64,000 nucleotides of DNA from Octopus sinensis (Eukaryota): NCBI RefSeq assembly GCF_006345805.1, contig NC_043017.1, forward strand, positions 13,826,001 to 13,890,000. Reading direction: 5' to 3'. Below are positions 52,201 to 64,000 of this stretch, piece after piece. A program made the translations under genes and the position numbers. Under the pieces are notes generated by a model that worked only from the letters and a program-made list of their open reading frames with translations, did not search any database and was not told the origin of the DNA. The stretch's first letter is position 1. Each line of letters starts with the position of its first letter.

Positions 52201-53366
52201 CCTACAGTAGGAAGGCTTATTATTATTATTAAGGCAGCAGATGAAATTCTAAGTGGCGTTTTTATGTTCTGTGTTCCTTTCAAGGTTGATAAAATAAGTA
52301 CCGGTCATACATTGGGTTTGATGTAATGAACTAACACCCACCTCCAGGTTTCATTTTTTGCCTGCTAGTAGAAACAATTATTATTGTAAGAGTATCATAA
52401 GGTTCATATTTCGGCTCTTTATGTGTTCTGTGTACAAATGCTATTATGGTTAACTTTCAAGATTAATTAAAAGACCAGCCTAGTACTGGGGATGGAGTTT
52501 AATCTAACTAACCCTGATTATCCCACCCCACATGTTAGAAGTCATTCATATGAAAAGTTATTACACTAGTGTTAAAAAAGCATATATCTGACAGAATCAA
52601 TAGATCAATAAATAAAATTGATACATTTAGTTATCCCAGGATCTCCCCACTTCCTGTGAAATGGAGGTGTTGTCTTCCTGAAAATTTTGCCATCATCTAG
52701 AGTCCTATGATGCCAAACATGTTTTCTCAAAGACTTCCAAGTCCTGTACAGAGAGGTGTTTGGGAGAAATTGGGCTTGTATCCCTAAATTCTAGATGTTG
52801 AGGAATACAACAACACTTTTGCAAGATGGAAGATCCCTATCCCGATATCTTCTAATTTCAAAGCCCACTGTTATGGGTGGCTGTGGGTGGAAGTTTCAAC
52901 ATTGCCATTGTTCATATTGATAAAAATTATTAACCAGTTAAATTGACTGGAGTTTGATTTAATTGCCCCCCCCCCCACACACACACATGTCCGCTTTCCT
53001 CTGCCTATTATATGTGGTGTTGTGCCTCTTAGAGAAATTTCCATTATTGGTATTTTTTATCTTATGCTTTAATTCATATGTTTTTTCTCTTCCAGTCACA
53101 GAAAGAAGACAGACCCCCACCCCCCAACTGTTTTGCTCTTGTTCTTGTGTGACACTCCCTCCTCTGGTTCCTAAAGTCATCATAAAAGGAAAAAAAAAAA
53201 GTGCCATTTATAGAATGTTTTTGTTTGTTCTTTCTCTCACTCTCTTGCTCTCGCTCTCTCTCTCTTTTTCTTTTGGTTTGTTTGAAATAAATTTCAGATA
53301 TTATTTTCTGACAAAAATAAAAGAAAAGAAAAGAAATGAAAAGAGAAACTTCATACCCAAATTTAA

Positions 53367-53848
53367 CCCTTTAGCATACCGATTGCTCTGTCAAATGTTA
53401 TGCTTATTTATTCACATTGTCTTGAATTAATCAGGCATTATCTTGTGGCTTTGAGATTTCGATTATAGGATTGTTTACTTTTAGTATGACATTCTACCTT
53501 TCACAAGGTAGGAGAGTCCAGTTTGCTGGACATTGTTGTAAAGCTGAAAAAGAAGTAATTTCTACTCTTCTCCTCTGGAAGCCATCTACTCGCAATACCA
53601 GAGGGCGCACACTCTCCTACCTTGATGTAATCTCCAGGGATACAGGCATCCAGCAACAGGACCTCCGTAATGCCATGATGGACCGTGAAGTCTGGCGTAG
53701 CATGGTAAATTCCATTGTCTCGACCACGGTCGAACAATGATGATGATGACATTCTAGGGAAGATGTGAAAGCCTTGTATTTGGCCAGTTTGAGCAAAAAA
53801 ACAAATAGATCATTTTGGCAGAATATGGCCGGTTTAAATGCTAAAGGG
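53367..53848 (-). mobile_element. piggyBac-type MITE (family 1) interrupted by an RTE fragment
   Basis: TTAA TSDs at 53363-53366 and 53849-53852; TIRs intact. Confidence 0.9.
53497..53745 (+). mobile_element. RTE-type LINE 3' fragment inserted in a piggyBac-type MITE
   Basis: RRVQFAGHC...LLLWKP...DTG...MMDREVWRS; (ATG)n tail; perfect 11-bp TSD ATGACATTCTA at 53486-53496 and 53746-53756. Confidence 0.92.
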
Positions 53849-55932
53849 TTAAGTGGGATTTTTTAAAAATGTGTCTGAAAATATCAAAATAAAAGCAGTT
53901 TCCAACTATCTCACTCTCTCTCGCACACACACACATGAAATTCTGTTAAAATGAAATTAGTAGAATATAAAAAATTTATTAATGTTCAAAGACACTTTGT
54001 TCTTTGCTCATGTGAGCTAAAACTATACAGATTTCAACAGTTGCAACTGCCAGGAATCCGTTAAATATATCAAAACACTAATTAATATGAAAGTGTCTCA
54101 ACTCTGACCATTAGGTGAATGAAGTAACCATCTCATCTTTTTTTATGGATTTGGAGTTTTTTTTTAATTATTATTTTTTCTCATTTTAGTAAGAATGAAA
54201 ATGTTCCGATTGAGGTTTATTTTTCATTTCATACTCTTACTCTTTTACTTGTTTCAGTCATTTGACTGCGGCCATGCTGGAGCACCGCCTTTAGTCGAGC
54301 AAATCGACCCCGGGACTTATGTTGAGATTTCAGTACAAGTAAGAAAATAAAACAAAAATAAAATAGGACACTACAGAGAATCACCTCCAAATGAGTTTAT
54401 TTCGCCGTACATTATGACAACCTCTTGGCAGTTGTGTAACAGGGGTCATTATGCCTTTGTTTTGGATTAGGAACAACTACAAAAAGCATTTCTATTTGGA
54501 AGGTGCCCTGTTATTTAGAATCAAGTTAGGCTTTGGGCATTCTTAGACATAGTGACACGAGTGTTTCAGTTGTACATAAATTTTATAATTTTATTTATCG
54601 AGGCTGGTGGATTGGCAGAATCGATTAGAGCTTTGCAAAAAACGTGTAGCAGTCTTTTCTCTTGGCTCTTTGTGTTTTGAATCCAAATCCTGCCAAAGCC
54701 AACTTTGCTTTTTTATCTGCCCAGGGGTCAATAAAGAACCACTGAAGTATGTTTCTTTACTACCCACAAGGGGCTAAACACAGGGAACAACTAAGGACAG
54801 ACAAACGGATTAAGTCGATTACATCGACTCCAGTGCGTAACTGGTACTTTATTAATCGATCCCGAAAGGATGAAAGGCAAAGTCAACCTCGGCGGAATTT
54901 GAACTCAGAACGTAACGGCAGACGAAATACGGCTAAGCATTTCACCCGGCGTGCTAACGTTTCTGCCAGCTCGCTGCCATATACCTATTTCTTTATTACC
55001 CACAAGGGGCTAAAGATGGAGAGGACAGACAAATGAATTAAATCGATTACATCGACCCCAGTGCATAACTGGTTCTTAATTTATCAACCCCGAAAGGATG
55101 AATGGCAAAGTTGACCTCGGCGGAATTTGAACTCAGAACGTAACAGCAGACGAAATACGGCTACGCATTTCGCCCGGCGTGCTAATGGTTCTGCCAGCTC
55201 GCTGCCTTAGAGTCAATGTAATTGGTTGCTCTCCTCCTCTAGAATTCAGTCCTGCTTCTGCAACAAACAATTATTTTTAATCATATGGATTTAATTATTT
55301 TGTCATTAATTAGATTAATTTTTTTTTTTAATTTGGATTTATAGTATCTATTTGAATTTCAGACTAGAAGGGATGGTTACAGTTGGAACGCTTTCACTCT
55401 TACTAATTTAAAAAAAAAAAAAAAAGTAAAATCTCTGAATCCATAACAAACAAGATAGTCAAATCTAGACTACTCTGTGTTCTAAGGTAGAAGGAACATA
55501 TATGATTCCCTTAAGAGGAAAGACCATATTGTTAATGGTCGGAATGTTTTAATAAATTTGTGATTTGTTTATTGATCTCAGCTTTGAAATTTGCATATTT
55601 TCCATTCATGTCTGAAAAGCCAAGAGAATTGGGTAAATTCGGTTTGGTTTTGAGAAATTTCTGTTTCAGTCTATAAAGAATCCTAATGAAATAACTTTAT
55701 ATTTAGTGCAGTCCTTTGACACAGATATGTGTGTGTATACATACATAGCATTCCTTGCCATAGTTGATATATTTGTCACCTGTGGGTCTGATTTGACAAG
55801 ACTGTCACCTCAAAAATTTTAAATACGTGTGTGTATATGTATATATATAATATATATATACTTTTCGTCACTGGAAAATCGGATATATATTTGCAAAGGG
55901 AGGCCTACTTTTCATCGACAACCAGTGATTGT

Positions 55933-55977
55933 CACATGCTGATGATGGGTCAATACCCAGAAACTCGGGTCCGTGTG
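55933..55977 (+). ncRNA. Type-I hammerhead ribozyme motif (GUC cleavage site)
   Basis: CACATG-CTGATGA-TGGG tcaata CCCA-GAAA-C tcgg G-T-C-CGTGTG: all core nucleotides and stems I-III are present. Confidence 0.85.
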
Positions 55978-56251
55978 TATCATAGGTTGAAGACAGGAAG
56001 GATGGCTTCCCTTTGCAAATACTGATAGGGCATAGAAAGTGTTTCAATAGCCAGCTGAAGGAGGTGTCCTCCTGAGGCTACAAGCCACAGTAGCATCCAC
56101 CCTGAGGGGTTAGTCACATTTAAGTGGTAAATATGCTACATGATGTGTTGCAGCTACTGTTTATACCTCGCTCAGAGATTTATTATATATATATATACGT
56201 TTATATATTTGTTTTGCAAGATTTTTGATGTGAAATCGTGTGTTGAAACAG

Positions 56252-56591
56252 ATATTGTTGTATTTAGGAATGGTCATTTTGCCAGTTTAGCCAAAACACA
56301 CGCACTAACTAAACATAGATACACATAGAGGTATACACATGTGCAAATGAAGACATACAATAGGAATACAAAATAAAAAATGGCTGACTGTTAGTAAGGA
56401 GAGACACACTAAGAAGAAAGCAAAGGACCACTGATGAGGTCACAGGAGTGTGACGAAAGAACTCTGGCCAAAATAAGATTAAGATTAATGTAAAAAATAA
56501 ATAACGCTGAAGCAAAGTAACACCAAATATATAGTGCGTGTGTTTTTATTGGCTAAACTGGCAAAATGACCATTCCTAAATACAACAATAT
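56252..56591. mobile_element. ~340-bp element with ~56/60-bp inverted termini enclosing a hammerhead motif
   Basis: 56252-56307 is the reverse complement of 56532-56591 apart from one 4-nt indel. Confidence 0.8.
56425..56469 (+). ncRNA. Minimal type-I hammerhead motif (CUC site)
   Basis: GGACCA-CTGATGA-g-GTCACA ggag TGTGAC-GAAA-G aa C-T-C-TGGCC. Confidence 0.7.
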
Positions 56592-58328
56592 ATATGTATA
56601 CCCTTTAAGTTTTTTAGGGGAAACATTTTGAATATGCATATAAAAGCTCCTATTCGGTTATGCTGGCTACAGCCTAATGATGCCAACGGGCAGTACCAGT
56701 TGTTTGAGGTTGCACCAAGTTGTGCTGATATAATGTATATTTTAACTATATTTATCCTACATTATTAGTTAAAATAATAACAATAATCCTTTGATGGACT
56801 TTATAAATATTTTAATGCATTACTACTTGTATTTCCACAAATCACATGTTTTGTAAGATCATAGTCCATATTCCTGGAATGATTACAATGCGGTATCTAG
56901 TATCCATGGACATCAGTTAGATCATGTTCATGCCCTGGTATCTTCCCAGGAAAGTGGACTATGATCTTAAGAGACATGATTTGTGGAAACGCACATAGTG
57001 ATGCATTAAAATATAAATTCCATCTAAGGATTATTATTATTATTACTGTGTATAATAATATACACAGTTATACAATCACGGAGTGGTTGGCGTTAGGAAG
57101 GGCATCCAGCCGTAGAAACATTGCCAGATCAGACTGGGCCTGGTGCAGCCTTCTGGCTTCCCAGACCCCAGTTGAACCATTCAACCCATGCTAGCATGGA
57201 AAGCGGACGCTAAACGATGATGATGATGATAATAAAGAATCAGCTAATGAGTAACCTCTCAGTAGTCAATATAGTTCTCAATACTTTTGAGCAAACAGCC
57301 TTGGAATGAACAAAAAGGAGATCACTGTGTCAAAATGGTATAAGAGACTTTAATTTGAACCAGCATTAGCAGGCTAAGAGATACAAGACAAGGGAGAAAA
57401 GTGGCAGCAAATATACCACCTGCACTGACCCGTAATCCTCAAACTTGCAACATCTACAGGTTTCTTTGCAAATTGTTGGTGGGACACATTTGACATAAGC
57501 ATTATGACTGACAAAGAAAGTCTAGGTTGTTGGAATCTCATACTACAAAACCAATGGGAGAATTCATCATATAGGAGTGGCTGTGTGGTAAGTAGCTTGC
57601 TTACCAGCCACATGGTTCCGGGTTCAGTCCCACTGCGTGGCACCTTGGGCAAGTGTCTTCTACTATAGCCTCGGGCCGACCAAAGCCTTGCGAGTGGATT
57701 TGGTAGACGGAAACTGAAAGAAACCTGTCGTATATATGTATATATATGTTTGTGTGTCTGTGTTTGTCACCCCCCAACATCGCTTGACAACTGTTGCTGG
57801 TGTGTTTACGTCCCTGTAACTTAGCGGTTCGGCAAAAGAGACCAATAGAATAAGTACTAGGTTTACAAAGAATAAGTCCTGGGTTCGATTTCCTCGACTA
57901 CAGGCGGTGCTCCAGCATGGCCACAGTCAAATGACTGAAACAAGTAAAAGAGTATACATATATATATATGCGAAAACCTGTTGAGGCAAGTGAAATCAAA
58001 TTCGATGACTGGCATCCGTGCTAGTTGGGTGCAAAGAGCACCACATGAGTGTGATCATTGACCGAGCGGCTAACCAGCTCCTTACCATTGGCACATAAAA
58101 AGCACCATTCAAGTGTGATTGTTACCAGCATCACCTTACTGGCACTTGTGCCTGTACTAGTAGGGTGCCAAGAGCACCATCCAAGTGTGATTGTTGCCAG
58201 AGTGGCTAACTGACTTCCGTGCCAGTGACACAGAATATTTAACAACAATCAATAATATGTATGAAGAAAATCATATCTTTATTTTAGATGACACCTTAAA
58301 AACCCCAAAATTGTATTAATATATATAT

Positions 58329-58710
58329 GTGGAAGCACTCCGTCGGTTACGACGACGAGGGTTCCAGTTGATCCGATCAACGGAACAGCCTGCTTGTGAA
58401 ATTAACGTGTAAGTGGCTGAGCACTCCACAGACACGTGCACCCTTAACGTAGTTCTCGGGGATATTCAGCGTGACACAGAGAGTGACAAGGCCGGCCCTT
58501 TGAAATACAGGTACAACAGAAACAGGAAGTAAGAGTGAGAGAAAGTTGTGGTGAAAAAGTACAGCAGGGATCACCACCCCCTGCCGGAGCCTCATGGAGC
58601 TTTAGGTGTTTTCGCTCAATAAACACTCACAACGCCCAGTTTGGGAATCGAAACCGCGATCCTACGACCGCGAGTCTGCTGCCCTAACCACTGGGCCATT
58701 GCGCCTCCAC
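58329..58710 (-). mobile_element. SINE family B, full length
   Basis: Near-identical to the other copies; TSD TAATATATATAT. Confidence 0.9.
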
Positions 58711-59118
58711 TAATATATATATATATTCACACACACACACAATATTATTAAAATTAATAATAATATGTACGAAAATTTATGTCAGTACAACATTATCAAG
58801 GTAATCCATATTGGTGAAATTTTAACTTGACATCAGAAAACATTTTAGCTGTTCAAAAACGCTGACAAAAAGAAATGCCAAACCAAATTTGACGTAAGAC
58901 ATTTATTTATTCAACCAAGAGAGATATCATCAATTTTAGTAGATAAATATATTCGCTTTCTATGTTAGTTTTTTCTTATTTTCAACATTTTTATGTAGAT
59001 TTCAAACTGTCAAAAAATATGGAATTTATATGGTAATTTTTATATTTTATTTATATAAGCTAAATTAGTTATTCAATGACGTCGCTAAGATATGATTTTC
59101 TTCATACATATTATTGAT

Positions 59119-59209
<91 letters not shown>

Positions 59210-60857
59210 CAAAAGCTTCTTTCAGTTTCCACATACCGGATTGACTCACAAGGCTTTGGTTAGTAGAAAACACTTGTCCAAGGTTCCACACCATGGGACT
59301 GAACCATGCACCATATGGTTGGGAAGCAAGCTTCCTACCACACAGCCAGATTTACTAATTATAATATTCATGGTACCAGTAAAACTGAGATTTTGGAGTA
59401 AGAGAGAGTCCTTTGACCTCCTGGATCCTTCCAAACCATTCAACATACACCAGTATGAATGTGGATGGGAAATGATGATAAGGATATATGTACATATACT
59501 CTTTTACTTGTTTCAGTCATTTGACTGCGGCCATGCTGGAGCACCGCCTTTAGTCGAGCAAATCGACCCCGGGACTTATTCTTTGTAAGCTCAGTACTTA
59601 TTCTATCGGTCTCTTTTGCCGAACCGCTAAGTGACGGGGACGTAAACACACCAACATCGGTTGTCAAGCAATGCTAGGGGGACAAACACAGACACACAAA
59701 CACACACACACACATACATATATATATATACATATATACGACAGGCTTCTTTCAGCTTCCGTCTACCAAACCCACTCACAAGGCATTGGTCGGCCTGGGG
59801 CTATAGCAGAAGACACTTGCCCAAGATGCCACGCAGTGGGACTGAACCCGGAACCATGTGGTTGGTTAGCAAGCTACTTACCACACAGCCACTCCTGCGC
59901 CTATGTCCATCTGTCCATTCATTTAGAAAAAAGAGAACTCAATATTTTTATTCTGCTGGAGTCAGTGCCTTGCTACTCAGAGTTTCATCTGAGGGGACTC
60001 AGGGTCTTTAGGTGAATTACAACTACTCAGTCTTGTTTAACGTAAACTTACATAAGCTCCAGAATCTCTGATCTCCCTGAAAACCTGTAACCTATGCAGA
60101 ATCTTAGGTACTTAGATGGGAAACTTGACTAAATACTGGAACATGCACCCATTCACTTATATAAACAGAGAGAGAGAGAGAGAAAGAAATCAGTATATTA
60201 TAATGAACAAAGCCCTCCTGTCCTCCACTTTCTCAACATTCAGAACTGGACTCATATGAGCAGTACAGGTATGATTTTTCAGGCTAGTAAATGACCTATG
60301 CTCTTTGGCACAGATGTTGCATACATGATTTCACCACAGCAACAGGTGGCACTTGCTGGTTATTTTTCATTTTCATATGTAATTTCACACCTCCCATTGA
60401 TAGGCAAACCTGGTCCCATTCATTCCATGTTATTATGCTGTGTATGGTGCAATGTAAGTCAAATCTCTGTACATGGCTTATTTTGTGTGGCTTTTTAGAA
60501 ACAGATCTCACACATTCATACATCACAGCTCACACCAGTCACCCATGTCTCCTAGAAATATCTCATCAACACCCTTTCTAGCATTCCTCTTCAACATTTT
60601 GTGATTTCTTCCAGCTATTTCAAAATTCTCATTGCTTTCCTCCTTCTTGCCCAGTTATTTGCAGTTTCTTCTCAGTCCTTTTCCAAGATGCTGAGGTTTA
60701 TGAGGTGGATGCTTTCCATTCCCCAGCTCATCACAAACACATGGTTTCAGGATAGATTCCACTGTGGGGTTAATTGCGCAAGTCTTCTTCAACCATACTT
60801 GGGTTGGCCAATGGTTTGTCAGTGAAATTTGGCAGGTGGAAACTGTACAGGAGCCCT

Positions 60858-61130
60858 TTGTGTGTGTGTGTGTGTGTGTTTGTGTGTGCGCGTGTGTGTG
60901 TGTGAGTGTGTGTGTGTGTGTGTGTGAGTGTGTGTGTGTGTGCGTGTGTGAGAGTGTGTGTGCATGTGCGTGAGTGTGTGTGAGAGTGTGTGTGCGTGCG
61001 TGTGTGAGTGTGCGTGTGTGAGTGTGTGCGTGTGTGAGTGTGTGTGTATGAGTGTGTGTGTGTGTGCGTGAGTGTGTGTGTGTGTGTGTGTGTGTGCATG
61101 TGTGAGAGTGTGTGTGTGTGTGTGTGTATG
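60858..61130. repeat. Interrupted (TG)n microsatellite, ~270 bp
   Basis: Direct reading. Confidence 0.97.
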
Positions 61131-61869
61131 TTTGTCTCTCTTGGACAGTGGTGATGTGTTTCTGTCCAACATAAATAAATGTCCTGCATCTCAGTGATTC
61201 AATATGGGAATTCCAATGGAATAAAGCTCCTTGTAAACAAGGAAGGAAGAGCATTCAGCTGTAGACTTACTTTGTCAACATGTCTCATTCAACTCATGCC
61301 AGCATGGAAAAGATTGATATAAAATCGATGTTAATAACAATAAGTTGGTCTGGGTTTGTTAGTAGGTGGGATGGGGAAGGGTTGTGGTAAGTATTTTTTA
61401 TAAACCTCTCACCTCTTTCTTATTGACTCGGTGAAGTTAATGTTCAGCTTAAAATGTCTGCAAGATTAAACTGAAATGGGAAGAGAACTAAAGAAAGTCT
61501 GGATTCTTTATCCTGGTAGCAGAGTTAGCTCCTGCTAAAGAAGACACCAGGGGTCTCTGCTGTTGTGAGTTGTTGTTGTTGTTAAGCAACAAGACGGGTA
61601 AGGGTGATTAGGTGATGGTCTAGGGCTTAGGGGCAGGACCCCCAGAAACTTAGAAAACAAAAAAAAAATACTTTGGTCGTCTTGTTGTAGTCGAGGGCTC
61701 TTCGTTGGGAGGTGGCCCTCGAAGTCGCTGGAAATGGAGATCTCCAGGTCCAAATTCTTGGACGGCTACTGTTGTGAGTGTGAGTGAGAGTGCGTGCAAA
61801 TATAACAGTATGTGAGTACCTCCCTCCCCCGAGACAGATACTGCGAAAGGCAAAAGGGATGAAGTGAGT

Positions 61870-62102
61870 GGAAGAAAAACAGGAATTCACCACCACCAAA
61901 GAAAAGCACACTCAACAGAAGGAAAAACCAGTAGCACTGGCAGAGAGCTCCTTCAGATGCAGTCACTGTATGCATGACTACCGCTCCTGTGTGGGTCTCT
62001 ACAGCTACAACAGACACTGCACCACCATCAGCAGCTGACACAATTTCTTCAGGTGCAGATCTATGGCTTCTTGAGACTGATGGATGCCAACTACTGCTAT
62101 CA
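61870..62102 (+). mobile_element. Old RTE LINE 3' fragment
   Basis: Plus frame SSFRCSHCMHDYRSCVGLYSYNRHC resembles the RTE C-terminal zinc finger at 35.3 kb; RTE-like 3' end GGTGCAGATCTATGG...GAGACTGATGGATGCC. Confidence 0.75.
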
Positions 62103-63065
62103 TCTCCACTCACATACATTTTCCTTATCTATTTGATACTCTCTCTTGCTTTTATATTTTTCTTCTATTTTTAACAAGTTCTATCTCAGACGTTTTAACC
62201 CTTTAACATTCAGATTATTCTGTCTAATCTAATGCTTACTTATTCACATTGAATTAAACGTGCATTATCTTTTTGCATTGAGAGTTCGATGATGTGCTTG
62301 TTTATTTTTAGCATGACATCATAGGGCAGGTGTGAGAAGCTGAATATAAGCAATCTGTACATAAAACAGGTAGAATATCTGGGCTGGATCTGGCCGGTTT
62401 AAATGCTAAAGGGTTAAAGTTGATCTCTCTCTTCCCTTCTTTTCTCTGTCCCCTCCTTCGCTTCCTCTTTCATGACACCTTGGTTAAGTGCCTTCTACTC
62501 TAGCTTTGTGAGTGGATTTGGTTGATGGAAACTAAAAGAAGCTCATCATATATATATATATATCGCAGGAGTGGCTGTGTGGTAAGTAGCTTGCTAACCA
62601 ACCACATGGTTCCGGGTTCAGTCCCACTGCATGGCATCTTGGGCAAGTGTCTTCTGCTATAGCCCTGGGCCGACCAATGCCTTGTGAGTGGATTTGGTAG
62701 ACGGAAACTGAAAGAAGCCTGTCGTATATATGTATAAGTGTGTGTGTCTGTGTTTGACAACCGATGCTGGTGTGTTTACGTCCCCGTCACTTAGCGGTTC
62801 GGCAAAAGAGACCAATAGAATAAGTACTGGGCTTACAAAGAATAAGTCCCGGGGTCGATTTGCTCGACTAAAGGCGGTGCTCCAGCATGGCCACAGTCAA
62901 ATGACTGAAACAAGTAAAAGAGTAATATATATATACATATATATATATATATGCTGAGCTTCTTTCAGTTTCCATCAATCAAATCCACTCACAAAGCTTT
63001 GATTGGCCCAAAGCTAGAGTAGAAGGCTCTTAACCAAGGTATATATCTATCTATCTATCTATCTA

Positions 63066-63132
<67 letters not shown>

Positions 63133-64000
63133 ATATATATATGCATGCATATATTTCTATGTGTGTGTCTTTGTATCTGTGTTTGCTCCTCACCACTGCT
63201 TGACAACCGGTGTTTGTATGTTTATGTTCCCGTAACTTAACGGTTCAGCAAAAAGAAGGCCGATAGAATAAGTACCAGTACTTTAAAAAAGTAAATTCTG
63301 GCGTCTACTGATTTGGTCGGCTAACATCTTTCAAAATAGTGCTCCAGTGTGGCCTCAGTCAAATGAATGAAACAAATATAAGTGTTAAGGGTTCCTCACA
63401 TATCTTTTGTCCATCTTTTCTCTCGACCAATCATATTATCTCCCTTGTTGCCAGATATCTATGCAAAATAATGGACTTAGTATTGGCAGCAAATGAACTT
63501 TGAAAAACGGTAAAAATCTTGCTGCAGTATCACGATAGGTAAATTTAAGTAGAACTGATAAACAAGTATAGGCCTGTTCGTGTAAGGGAGATAATCACTT
63601 CTAGATAATACTTGATAGGATTAGAAGTTTGGAAGTGAAATGGAAGAACGAAGAAGCGCTACATTTTCGTTATCTCACCCCCATTAAAAAATTGGGTTAT
63701 CTCCCCTAACTAAAAAATTGCTTAACCCTCAAATTGATGGCAACCACAAGAACGTTATTTTGGTGTGTTTATGTTTTAAATGTTTTTATTTTTATGAATA
63801 TGAATGTTTTATGAAAATAATTTTTAAGAAAATGTTTTTAGTGTTTTTATTTGAAAAAAATTTTACTGATTTTACTGATTTTTGTTCAATATTTTTATAT
63901 TTTTATTGTTTTTATTCTGATGTTCATCAGAAACCCTCTTTAATCCTTTAATCCTTACTAATTCTCTCCCAAACCCTTCTGATCCTCTTGATTAGAATTA

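Noticed and set aside
61766-62119. 117-aa minus ORF with a hydrophobic, TM-like segment
   Set aside because: It is largely the antisense of an RTE zinc-finger and 3' UTR fragment on the plus strand.

Overview
This is eukaryotic, repeat-dense, AT-rich genomic DNA, most likely from an octopus. That is inferred from the tRNA-derived SINE families and the microsatellite load, not from a database search. One protein-coding gene is supported: a plus-strand GRB2/Drk-family SH3-SH2-SH3 adaptor with four coding exons (26960-27057, 35705-35851, 36826-37006, 43890-44060) in the conserved GRB2 intron phases. Its first coding exon was not found in the window. The rest is mostly transposon-derived: a dead full-length mariner, several RTE-clade LINE fragments, a CR1/L2-like RT fragment, a Penelope-like GIY-YIG remnant, a non-autonomous Helitron, TTAA/piggyBac-type and mariner-type MITEs, and dozens of tRNA-derived SINEs. 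The most striking signal is four sequence-unrelated type-I hammerhead-ribozyme motifs (19821, 36436, 55933, 56425). Three sit inside long rod-like stems and one is bracketed by ~60-bp inverted repeats, which suggests Penelope/retrozyme-like small mobile RNAs. Also notable are a SINE flanked by a ~290-bp direct duplication, a ~96% identical inverted MITE pair, a tailless self-complementary SINE and nested insertions with readable TSDs. No CRISPR, rRNA or true tRNA gene was seen.
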